Shown piece by piece: positions 19,978-27,805 of a stretch of DNA of 32,000 bases. A program made the translations under genes and the position numbers. This DNA is from Candidatus Hermodarchaeota archaeon (GTDB lineage: Archaea > Asgardarchaeota > Heimdallarchaeia > Hodarchaeales > Hodarchaeaceae): NCBI GenBank assembly GCA_048886185.1, contig JBHLKY010000001.1:270001-302000 (forward strand), read 5' to 3'. A model generated the notes under the pieces. That model did no database searches and had not been told where the DNA came from. It worked only from the letters and a program-made list of their open reading frames with translations. Position 1 is the stretch's first letter; the number at the start of each line of letters is the position of its first letter.

Positions 19978-20979
19978 ATGTTTAGAAAGAAAAAGCCCTC
20001 TGAGATCGAGTTATTAGAACAGAAATTTTCTGAGAAGACAGATAAAATCGAAACACGAATAAATAATATGACCCAAGAATTAGCGGAAAGAATTGCAGCA
20101 ATTGAGAAACATTTAGAGGGATCTGCAGTTCGGCAAAGTGAACTATCTCAGACATTCGAGAATAGGAGTGTTGAAATTCGAACTCAGGCAACTAAAGAGT
20201 TTAAAACATCACTTGAGGAAGTTAGAAGTTCATTGGAGACCTTAGGATTAGAACTTAACAATCAAGTTCTCGACTTAAGTACAAGACTTGAACAACTTGA
20301 TCAGAACTCGAGTAATTGGTCATTTGCTATTAATGAGCAGATTGAAGAGTTTCGACAAAATTACGTAAATGTCTTAGAAGAACTTCGTCAAGGTAGAAAT
20401 ATCGCGGTTGAAAAAGAGCGGCTTATGAGTCAAAAATATGAAGAATTAGTTAATCAGTTGAAGGAAAAAGAAAAACTAGCAATTGAAAAGGAAGCATTAG
20501 CTCAGCAGCGGATTGGTTCTTTACAAGACGAAGTACAGAAAAAAGAAAAAGAAGTAGAAAAAACCACTTCACAGCTCGAACAGCTAGAATCTGAACTAAA
20601 AGCTAAAAATGGATTTATTGATGAATTACGAGAAAGAAAAATTAAAGCTGAAGAGCTGAAACTCGAACTCAAGCGTTTGAGTGAAGAAAATGAATTGAAG
20701 ACCTATGAACTTGAGAGAGCTAAAAGCCAAATGACAACCATGTCGGATGATACCAGACGTTCTCTGGGTACAACAAAGGCAATAAAAACTTTTTTGAGCG
20801 AAAGTGAGTCGGGGAGAGTCTTAAGTCATCTGATGGGTGTGGAACAAGCCTCAGTGGATGATCTAGCAACAATGACGGGGATTGCAACTTACACTGTTCA
20901 ACAAATTCTTCAACACTTCCAAGATATGGGCATCATTACATTAGATAAAACTACAAGACGAGCAAAGCTAAAAGAATAG
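19978..20979 (+). CDS. Long coiled-coil protein with C-terminal winged-helix/HTH domain
   Basis: About 260 aa of E/K/L/Q-rich heptads, then ESGRVLSHL...SVDDLATMTGIATYTVQQILQHFQDMGIITLD. Confidence 0.7.
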   Translation: MFRKKKPSEIELLEQKFSEKTDKIETRINNMTQELAERIAAIEKHLEGSAVRQSELSQTFENRSVEIRTQATKEFKTSLEEVRSSLETLGLELNNQVLDLSTRLEQLDQNSSNWSFAINEQIEEFRQNYVNVLEELRQGRNIAVEKERLMSQKYEELVNQLKEKEKLAIEKEALAQQRIGSLQDEVQKKEKEVEKTTSQLEQLESELKAKNGFIDELRERKIKAEELKLELKRLSEENELKTYELERAKSQMTTMSDDTRRSLGTTKAIKTFLSESESGRVLSHLMGVEQASVDDLATMTGIATYTVQQILQHFQDMGIITLDKTTRRAKLKE

Positions 20980-21025
20980 ACAATTAAAGTCTTACGCTAT
21001 TTGAATTGAGATAAAGGGGATTTTT

Positions 21026-21568
21026 ATGGAAGTAAAGATTGGATCAACCATTATACGTTTGGTTCTAGGGGATATTACTCAAGAAAACACTGACATCATT
21101 GTAAATGCGGCAAACACTTCACTCAGAGGAGGTGGGGGTGTTGATGGAGCTATTCATCGTGCTGGGGGTTCTGAGATCCTGCAGGAATGTGTCGAGAAGT
21201 ATCCTGAGGGATGTGAAACGGGGGAAGCTCGAATAACTACAGCGGGACAGTTAAATGCTAAATTTGTAATCCATACACCTGGTCCGATTTGGAAAGGTGG
21301 GAGACAAAACGAGGATGATCTTCTAGCAAGTTGTTATCGTAATTCTCTCCATCTCGCCATAGAATATGATGCTAAAACAATTGCATTTCCGTCTATTTCA
21401 ACTGGAGTGTATAGGTTTCCGATTGATAGGGCATCAAAAATAGCACTTTTAACCGTTATTGAAAATCTAGTGTCGACTTCTATAATAGAAGTTCACTTTG
21501 TCTTATTTAGTGATTCAGACCTTCAAATCTACGAGAAAAATCTTCTAGAGATAATTAATAACAGATAA
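21026..21568 (+). CDS. ymdB: Macrodomain O-acetyl-ADP-ribose deacetylase / mono-ADP-ribosyl hydrolase (MacroD/YmdB type)
   Basis: [39 protein letters not shown]. Confidence 0.9.
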   Translation: MEVKIGSTIIRLVLGDITQENTDIIVNAANTSLRGGGGVDGAIHRAGGSEILQECVEKYPEGCETGEARITTAGQLNAKFVIHTPGPIWKGGRQNEDDLLASCYRNSLHLAIEYDAKTIAFPSISTGVYRFPIDRASKIALLTVIENLVSTSIIEVHFVLFSDSDLQIYEKNLLEIINNR

Positions 21569-21612
21569 GTTAATCATCTCGTTCATTTGATTTGAAAAGA
21601 GGATGTAATGAA

Positions 21613-22362
21613 TTAAGAGTTACGTGGTTTTTTTGCTTTTATCCTAAATTTAGGGATTTTTTCTTCATATGTTGGTGGTGGTTTTTGCCTTGATGGTGTT
21701 TTTATTTTAATTTTTTTAGGAATAAGTCTGTTTATTCCCTTAGATTCCTTTTTCTTTTCTGCTCCTCTTGATGTGGGAATAGTCATATTTATTATTGCTG
21801 CTGAAGGTTTTTTATCACTAACTCTGGGAACAGGTTTGTTAACGAAATTAGATTTCTTTTTTGAAGAGCTTCCTAAGGAATGAGGTATTTTAATTTCCTT
21901 ATTCGGATGCTTAGGAATTGGAGCAGGTTGATTTGAAACCAATTTTTTTCGATTTCTTTTCGAAAGCGCCCCAAGACTAGTTGGTGGAGCATGAGATCTT
22001 TCTTGTTGTGAAGAAGACTTTGGAGGAGTTTTAGAATTAACTGTGTTTTGATCCTTCTCTTTTATTGGAGATTTAACTGGTTTGAGAGAAGTTTCGCCCT
22101 TAATTTGATCTGATAATGGAGGTGGAACATTATAATAAGGAGTATCATCTTTTGATGGTTCAATTGTTCCATGTCTGGAAGGTAGTGAGTTTGATGACTT
22201 TGGTATGTTTACTTTCAACTTTTGTTTTGGTGGAGGAAGTTCAAATACTTCTTCTGCCCCGTTTGGAAATTTAGATTTAATTATTGAACTTTTAGAATTC
22301 GTGGGGATCTTCTGTTTAATTTCCTTACTAGGCTTTTTCTCACGGATTTTCCATCTTACCAA
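21613..22362 (-). CDS. Lys/Pro/Ser-rich intrinsically disordered protein with short internal repeats
   Basis: 249-aa open frame in AT-rich DNA, TTG start, very low hydrophobic content, repeated P[TH]S[LR]G..KKK. Confidence 0.6.
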   Translation of the reverse strand: MVRWKIREKKPSKEIKQKIPTNSKSSIIKSKFPNGAEEVFELPPPKQKLKVNIPKSSNSLPSRHGTIEPSKDDTPYYNVPPPLSDQIKGETSLKPVKSPIKEKDQNTVNSKTPPKSSSQQERSHAPPTSLGALSKRNRKKLVSNQPAPIPKHPNKEIKIPHSLGSSSKKKSNFVNKPVPRVSDKKPSAAIINMTIPTSRGAEKKKESKGINRLIPKKIKIKTPSRQKPPPTYEEKIPKFRIKAKKPRNS

Positions 22363-22469
22363 TTAATCCAATTTCCTAATCTGTTAAAGGAAAATTCTAT
22401 TTTCCTTTTAATCTAATCAAATATTCTCTCTTAAATTTATAATGCTAACGAAATATATTACAAAATATC

Positions 22470-23054
22470 CTATTTTCCAAATAAAAATCCAATTCCAGAA
22501 AAGAGGAAAAATAAACCATATAGGATCCCTATTAAATCAGTAGTTATTAGCCCTGCAGTTAAGAAAAGTGCACCAAATACAAAAAAAGTTATTAGAGCAG
22601 TCCATTCTGCTGAGGGCCCTTTCTCAGATTGCGAAGTAATTCTAATGAATTGATATCGAGTGAAACTACGTAATAACAGGGCGGATGATACTGCTAAATA
22701 CGGAAATGCTAATATTGAGGATACAGTAATTTGAAGTTGAGTGAATTCATTTACAGGTAGAATTTCAACGTTAAAAGTTAACAATGGTTCTTCATTAAGA
22801 GGGAAGAACGAACTTGTAAGTATAACCAATAAGGGAATGATATTCGCTAATGAAAAAAAGTAAATCTCATTCAAGGTTGCTTTTACATCAATATAATATA
22901 GAATTCTTAGAAAATAAAATATAGTTATGGTTGCATATAGAGTCAGGTAGAGAATATTCATAGCATTACTGTCTTCATCACGTATGAAGAAAAAAATACT
23001 AGCTGATATTCCCATAAGGAAGACAAAAAATGCCATGGAATGACGTGAAGCCAT
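22470..23054 (-). CDS. Multi-pass (about 6 TM) membrane protein, last tightly coupled gene of the Ubl operon
   Basis: Alternating hydrophobic helices; 4 bp gap to the upstream gene. Confidence 0.75.
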   Translation of the reverse strand: MASRHSMAFFVFLMGISASIFFFIRDEDSNAMNILYLTLYATITIFYFLRILYYIDVKATLNEIYFFSLANIIPLLVILTSSFFPLNEEPLLTFNVEILPVNEFTQLQITVSSILAFPYLAVSSALLLRSFTRYQFIRITSQSEKGPSAEWTALITFFVFGALFLTAGLITTDLIGILYGLFFLFSGIGFLFGK

Positions 23055-23058
23055 CTTT

Positions 23059-24213
23059 TTAGCCCCATCGGTTATTTAGAAGATTTTCCTGAAACATTTT
23101 AATTAATTTCTCGTAATTCTTCCCAGAAAGACGATACATCTTTTTTGTTGAGATAGGTTTATTACATCGGGAACAAATATCTGCAACACTAAGCCATTTT
23201 TCTAACTCAAGCGAATGAGCTGGATGACCACAATGAGGACAGATGACTACTTTCTTATCTGGTTCAGTGGGAAATCCATAACAAAAAATACATCGAAAGT
23301 CATCATGAGATAAATGTTGGCCAGAGGGAATAAGCTTAGTAATGATAGCTGGATTTAGTCTGTCGATACGAGTAACTGTTCTCCCTGTTTGTATTCCTGG
23401 AGCTACTGTAACAGAGTTGATACTTTCGGATCGTGGTGTTCTAGACATTTGGGGTACTGATCTTGGTTGTAATAGGCTTGCTTGATTCGTTCTTGGTTGG
23501 CTATTTGCATTGCGAGGACTAACTGAGGATGTTCTATTAACAATAAAAGATCTCCCTAATGTTTGTTGAGGTAAACGATTAACAGTCACACGACGGATTG
23601 GAACAAGAACAACCTTAAGTATATAATATTGGATCAGAAAAATAATACTAACACTAACAAAACATAATCCACTAAATTCAATAATCCTAGTTTGGATCCA
23701 AAAAAAAGCTAAACTTAAAATTATACAGAGATTATACAGAATGACAATTTTGTTGGGAACCTTCCTTCTAAAGATAAAAATTGATGGATACCTGTTTGAA
23801 TAATACTTTTGGAGGAGAAATAGGAGAAATATAAAGAATGGTAACACAAAAATAATACTAAATATGTTTAGAAAAACAAAATAATTTCCACCATTAATAA
23901 ACTCAATGTCGAGAGAGATTTCGAAGAAAGATGATCGTAGAAAATCATTTTCTCCTAAAGACGCTGTATGAGCTATCAATGTTCCCCCATATGCGATTAA
24001 CGACGGGATTCCAATAAAGATTCCCGAGGCAATTGGAGCATTATAATGCTGGAAATATCGCCATTCCTCAAGAAATTTTAAAATCAAAATTGCAGTTAAA
24101 GTAATATAAGCAATTGTAAGAGCAGTTTCTATTGGTTGATCAGTGAGTAATGTTAATAGCGTAAAAACAAACCCGACGACACAGATAGAAAGATATACAT
24201 TACGCCCGACCAA
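23059..24213 (-). CDS. Multi-pass membrane protein with C-terminal RING-variant zinc finger (putative membrane E3 ligase)
   Basis: About 6 TM helices, an R/S/P/Q-rich linker, then CIFC-x13-CPHCGHPAH-x2-E-x2-KWL-x5-CSRC (nt 23164-23292). Confidence 0.75.
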   Translation of the reverse strand: MVGRNVYLSICVVGFVFTLLTLLTDQPIETALTIAYITLTAILILKFLEEWRYFQHYNAPIASGIFIGIPSLIAYGGTLIAHTASLGENDFLRSSFFEISLDIEFINGGNYFVFLNIFSIIFVLPFFIFLLFLLQKYYSNRYPSIFIFRRKVPNKIVILYNLCIILSLAFFWIQTRIIEFSGLCFVSVSIIFLIQYYILKVVLVPIRRVTVNRLPQQTLGRSFIVNRTSSVSPRNANSQPRTNQASLLQPRSVPQMSRTPRSESINSVTVAPGIQTGRTVTRIDRLNPAIITKLIPSGQHLSHDDFRCIFCYGFPTEPDKKVVICPHCGHPAHSLELEKWLSVADICSRCNKPISTKKMYRLSGKNYEKLIKMFQENLLNNRWG

Positions 24214-24231
24214 ATACTTTTCGACCTCGAG

Positions 24232-25152
24232 TTAATTCTCATGATCATATTCTAAAAACATACTACCATTTTTCTCTGCTAGTGGAAGAAGGGTATTCAT
24301 CATCTCAGGAAGGCTCTCTAGAGGGCAATTAAGGACTTGGTAGGGTGGTTCTTCCCAGGTTTGCAAATCCTCTTTTAAACGGAATATTTTAAAGCCATAT
24401 GAACGTTTAGATATTTTTGTTGGATCAATAACTAAAGCAATAGGTGCTGTTAACTGGGAGTCTTTCGTCCTTCCAAGTTTTTGGTAGCGAACTTGAGTCT
24501 CAAAATCGGTTTGACTCATGAATACTCCATATGATGGGTGACTATGATACCAACCAAGAATAAGCTGATCATGGGTTTTCATTTTTATTTCATTATACAC
24601 TCTGACCATGGATTGAGGATCTTGGATTTGTGCATTTACCTCAGTGCCATGACCAATTGGATAGGCATCCTCGACATTTAAACATGCTAATGGAGTATCT
24701 TTTTGTTCAATTTGTCCCGTTAAAAGCCCGATTACCTCAATCCATTTACTTTGGGGTGTATTCGGATTTGCGTACTTTAAAGCATGTAAAGCAAGCTTTA
24801 TGTAAGCTTTAAGATGAATTTTAACACGAGAAGGCTTCGAGTCGGGATCTAGGTCATCAAGATTTAAGTCAACAGATTCTGTGTTTTCTTCTCGATTTTG
24901 ATTCATATTATGATTTTCATCCTTATTGAGATTCTCTGATCCGTTGGTAAAAAGCTTCTCTGTTTTTGTTTTTAATTGGGAAGGTTTAAACTGTATTTGC
25001 TTACTTAATGGATTCCAAGTATAATTATCAGGCGGGAGAGTAATGAAAGGAAATTTTAACGTAAATGATAAAGTTTGAGGGTCAAATGTTAATGAAAGAT
25101 CCCGTAGTAGTAATTCGAAAACATTTTTGGGAATTTTATTATTATTAGGCAT
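24232..25152 (-). CDS. JAB1/MPN+ (JAMM) metallo-isopeptidase, Rpn11/CSN5-like, with N-terminal extension
   Basis: EVIGLL plus GWYHSHPSYGVFMSQTD (E...HxH-x7-S-x2-D intact), TQ..YQ, ALVIDP. Confidence 0.9.
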   Translation of the reverse strand: MPNNNKIPKNVFELLLRDLSLTFDPQTLSFTLKFPFITLPPDNYTWNPLSKQIQFKPSQLKTKTEKLFTNGSENLNKDENHNMNQNREENTESVDLNLDDLDPDSKPSRVKIHLKAYIKLALHALKYANPNTPQSKWIEVIGLLTGQIEQKDTPLACLNVEDAYPIGHGTEVNAQIQDPQSMVRVYNEIKMKTHDQLILGWYHSHPSYGVFMSQTDFETQVRYQKLGRTKDSQLTAPIALVIDPTKISKRSYGFKIFRLKEDLQTWEEPPYQVLNCPLESLPEMMNTLLPLAEKNGSMFLEYDHEN

Positions 25153-25181
25153 TTTTCTAGCAACGCTCTATGTTTAGATTT

Positions 25182-25709
25182 TTACCATTTTTCAGAAGCA
25201 TATTTCTTAGTAATTTTATGGGCTTTTTTCAAGAAATTCTTGCGATCACTAAGATATTCTTGAGCTGCTTTCTTATTGAAAACATCATGAGGATTAGTAT
25301 ACGCTGTGTCAATGTTGAACATTGCTAAAATCGAATAAATTATTGTACTAATGTTTTTTGAAGGAGACCAACCGTCTGGTCTTCCCACAAGGTCGGGGTC
25401 AACAAGAGCTAGGCATATATTCCGTTTTCCTTGATATTCGTCAGGTTTTGGCCAGAAATTTGGATGCCAAATTGGAGTATGTAATCGGACAAAAGGGGGG
25501 GAATATGGGTAGTTTGATCCAAACTTAATTTCTAGTTTGAATTTGCCCTTTTCATAAGGGGTTCCTTTCGGTCCCTCAAGAAGAATTGCTAAGTGTTCTA
25601 CGCTTTTTTTTCCGCCTGGAAAGGCCTTTAGCTGCTTAATGGTTTTTTGTTTGTATAATTTTTTTAGTTGTTTATAATCATCAGCGATTCGTTTAAGTCT
25701 GATAGACAT
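25182..25709 (-). CDS. Ubiquitin-conjugating enzyme E2 (UBC fold)
   Basis: GPKGTPYEKG.F, YPYSPP, HPN motif, catalytic Cys (codon 25415-25413) in ICL, WSP. AGGTG SD. Confidence 0.92.
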   Translation of the reverse strand: MSIRLKRIADDYKQLKKLYKQKTIKQLKAFPGGKKSVEHLAILLEGPKGTPYEKGKFKLEIKFGSNYPYSPPFVRLHTPIWHPNFWPKPDEYQGKRNICLALVDPDLVGRPDGWSPSKNISTIIYSILAMFNIDTAYTNPHDVFNKKAAQEYLSDRKNFLKKAHKITKKYASEKW

Positions 25710-25725
25710 TTCTCACACCTTTTTA

Positions 25726-26970
25726 TTACTCAATTTTCAATTTAATATAGGATTGAGTGCCATCATCAAACCCCGTGACCAATATAGTCTCATAATCTCG
25801 GATTCCAGCTTCAAATATGCTCTGATTTGTATCAATTTCATTAATATCTGAATTATCTATACGAAAAACAATTGGAGGAAATTCTGGATCAATGGTGAGC
25901 TTTTTTTCTTCCGCTAATTTATTGATGATCTTTTGAATATTTGCCTTAGAATTCACTTTTATCCGATAGAGGGGGGAATGGTTATTACCACACATTGTAC
26001 AATCTGGGTTCTTAGGTTTTTCAATTTCATAGAACTTCCCAGTCAAACCATTGTATATCACATAATTTAATTGAAGTGTTCCAAGTTTTCTTTTTTCTGG
26101 AGGTGTGTGGAGATGATGAAGAATTTTAACTGCTTCTTGTGATTGTAGAGATGCCATTACACAATTGATGGTGATAACTGTTGGCTCGTGATTATCTATT
26201 ATTTGGATGATCTGATCAGTCGTAAACGGTTGTGAGCCGGGAAAATATTGTTTAAGTAGATGATTCGCATATTCTCTAATGGTGTCAACTTCATCTTGTT
26301 TGAGAATGTTCACCGGCCGATTGTAATCCTGTTCAAATTTCAATTGGCCTTTGAGTATACAATGAGCTGGTCTACGGGGATTACCTACTAAAGTGCAAGC
26401 CCCTAGCTGATCTTGTTCTCGTTCTGTTAATGGATCACACTCTAAACAAGCATTACTGAATGGCCAGACACAATAAACGTGTCCATTGAATGCTGCTGTA
26501 CCAGCATCGATCAATGGCTTTCGATTATGAATAGCTCGCCTGTTTAATTCTGACCTTGCTTCTATTGAATCTAAGCCAGCGATGTAAAGATCAGCTTCAT
26601 TATATAGATGGGGAGGTAGATCTTGAAGCGCGCAATTATGAGCCTCTACTTCAATGAAAGGATTCAATTCTTGTAAACGTTTAGCCGCATATTGTGCCTT
26701 AGATGTTCCCTCTGTGGCTCCGATGAACAGTACCTGGCGATTCAAATTAGAATATTCAATTGTATCAAGATCCACCAGGATTAATCGGCCGACTCCGACC
26801 ATTGCGAGGTTTTTTGCAACTTCCACACCGAGGCCACCAACGCCAACAATAAGAACGGTACTTTTTTTAAGGATCTCTTGTTTCCATCCAGGTAAACGGA
26901 GTTGGCGATCAAAGCGACGCTTTTCTTCTTCAGTGAACAGGTTACTGGTGAAACTTGATATTTTATTCAT
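25726..26970 (-). CDS. Ubl-activating enzyme E1 (ThiF fold with UBA2/UBA3-like catalytic Cys segment and C-terminal ubiquitin-fold-like domain)
   Basis: RFDRQ, GVGGLG, DLDTIEYSNLNRQ, Zn pairs CLEC/CTMC, catalytic GACTLVGNPRRPAHCI. Confidence 0.9.
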   Translation of the reverse strand: MNKISSFTSNLFTEEEKRRFDRQLRLPGWKQEILKKSTVLIVGVGGLGVEVAKNLAMVGVGRLILVDLDTIEYSNLNRQVLFIGATEGTSKAQYAAKRLQELNPFIEVEAHNCALQDLPPHLYNEADLYIAGLDSIEARSELNRRAIHNRKPLIDAGTAAFNGHVYCVWPFSNACLECDPLTEREQDQLGACTLVGNPRRPAHCILKGQLKFEQDYNRPVNILKQDEVDTIREYANHLLKQYFPGSQPFTTDQIIQIIDNHEPTVITINCVMASLQSQEAVKILHHLHTPPEKRKLGTLQLNYVIYNGLTGKFYEIEKPKNPDCTMCGNNHSPLYRIKVNSKANIQKIINKLAEEKKLTIDPEFPPIVFRIDNSDINEIDTNQSIFEAGIRDYETILVTGFDDGTQSYIKLKIE

Positions 26971-26983
26971 ATTTTTTCAACTA

Positions 26984-27346
26984 CTAATTTATTGATCCAG
27001 CTGTTGAAACTGGGATAATCAAACATTCAAGTCCATCTTCAATATCATAATTCGAGAGAACATCATCTGCATCTAAGGTTCTTCCACTTATGGATATATG
27101 GAAGTCTTGTGGATCAAGACCGAAGATTCCTCCAAGCGTTTCTTTTAAATCTGAGACCCCCATCTCAGGATCGATTGTGAGTTTTTCAAGTTTCTCTCCA
27201 GGCCCAATTGTGGATCGAAAGAATAAACTAACGCGAGAATCTTTTGGGATTTTACTTGTAGGCACTTTTGTCGTCACTACAGGAGTTTCTGAGTTCTTCT
27301 TTTCTTCTTCAATTTCCAGGTCATCAAAATCTTCATTTTCAGACAT
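26984..27346 (-). CDS. Ubiquitin-like protein 2 (acidic N-tail; C-terminal STAG masked by SIN)
   Basis: Beta-grasp pattern FFRST...SGRTLD...LSNYDIEDG..LIIP aligns by eye to ubiquitin. The start is moved to 27346 because of a GGAGA SD and collinearity with the Ubl1 N-terminus. Confidence 0.85.
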   Translation of the reverse strand: MSENEDFDDLEIEEEKKNSETPVVTTKVPTSKIPKDSRVSLFFRSTIGPGEKLEKLTIDPEMGVSDLKETLGGIFGLDPQDFHISISGRTLDADDVLSNYDIEDGLECLIIPVSTAGSIN

Positions 27347-27522
27347 TAAGCAATTCTCCATTCTGATTAAAAGCATCCAAATTATCAATTCATCTTCAAT
27401 ATGAAAAACATTGTTTTTTGAATCTTCTTTTGTTTGCAAATAATCTTCTGAATACGTCAATTTAATTATTCCCTTTTATCTCATAGGTACAAAATTGATG
27501 TGATTTGATGATGGAAATTGAT

Positions 27523-27726
27523 TCAAATCAAAATCTCCCCTAAGATAGACTCTTTTCCTGATTGAAGAAGCCAAAGATTAGCTTGAATATAATACTCAAT
27601 TGACGCTAGTAACAAATTTAAATCGCTTTTGCAGTCTTTATGTTCGCTAAGAGCCCTTTTTGCTTTCTCTCGCTCAACCATGGCAAAAACAATTGTTTCA
27701 ATAATACTAGCTCGAACCTCTTTCAA
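27523..27726 (-). CDS. Possible small helical hypothetical protein between the two Ubls
   Basis: 67-codon frame with a TTG start only, no recognisable motif, same strand as the operon. Confidence 0.25.
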   Translation of the reverse strand: MKEVRASIIETIVFAMVEREKAKRALSEHKDCKSDLNLLLASIEYYIQANLWLLQSGKESILGEILI

Positions 27727-27805
27727 TAAAAAGCCATCCTGAGAAGATAAAAAGAAGGGGAGTTCTTTCTTTTTATTCTAAAAAGTTGAATAATATGGAA
27801 AAAAC

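Noticed and set aside
27347-27460. 38-aa N-terminal extension of Ubl2 given in the ORF track
   Set aside because: The ATG at 27346 has a GGAGA SD and matches the Ubl1 N-terminus, while the extension relies on a TTG start and has no counterpart in Ubl1.
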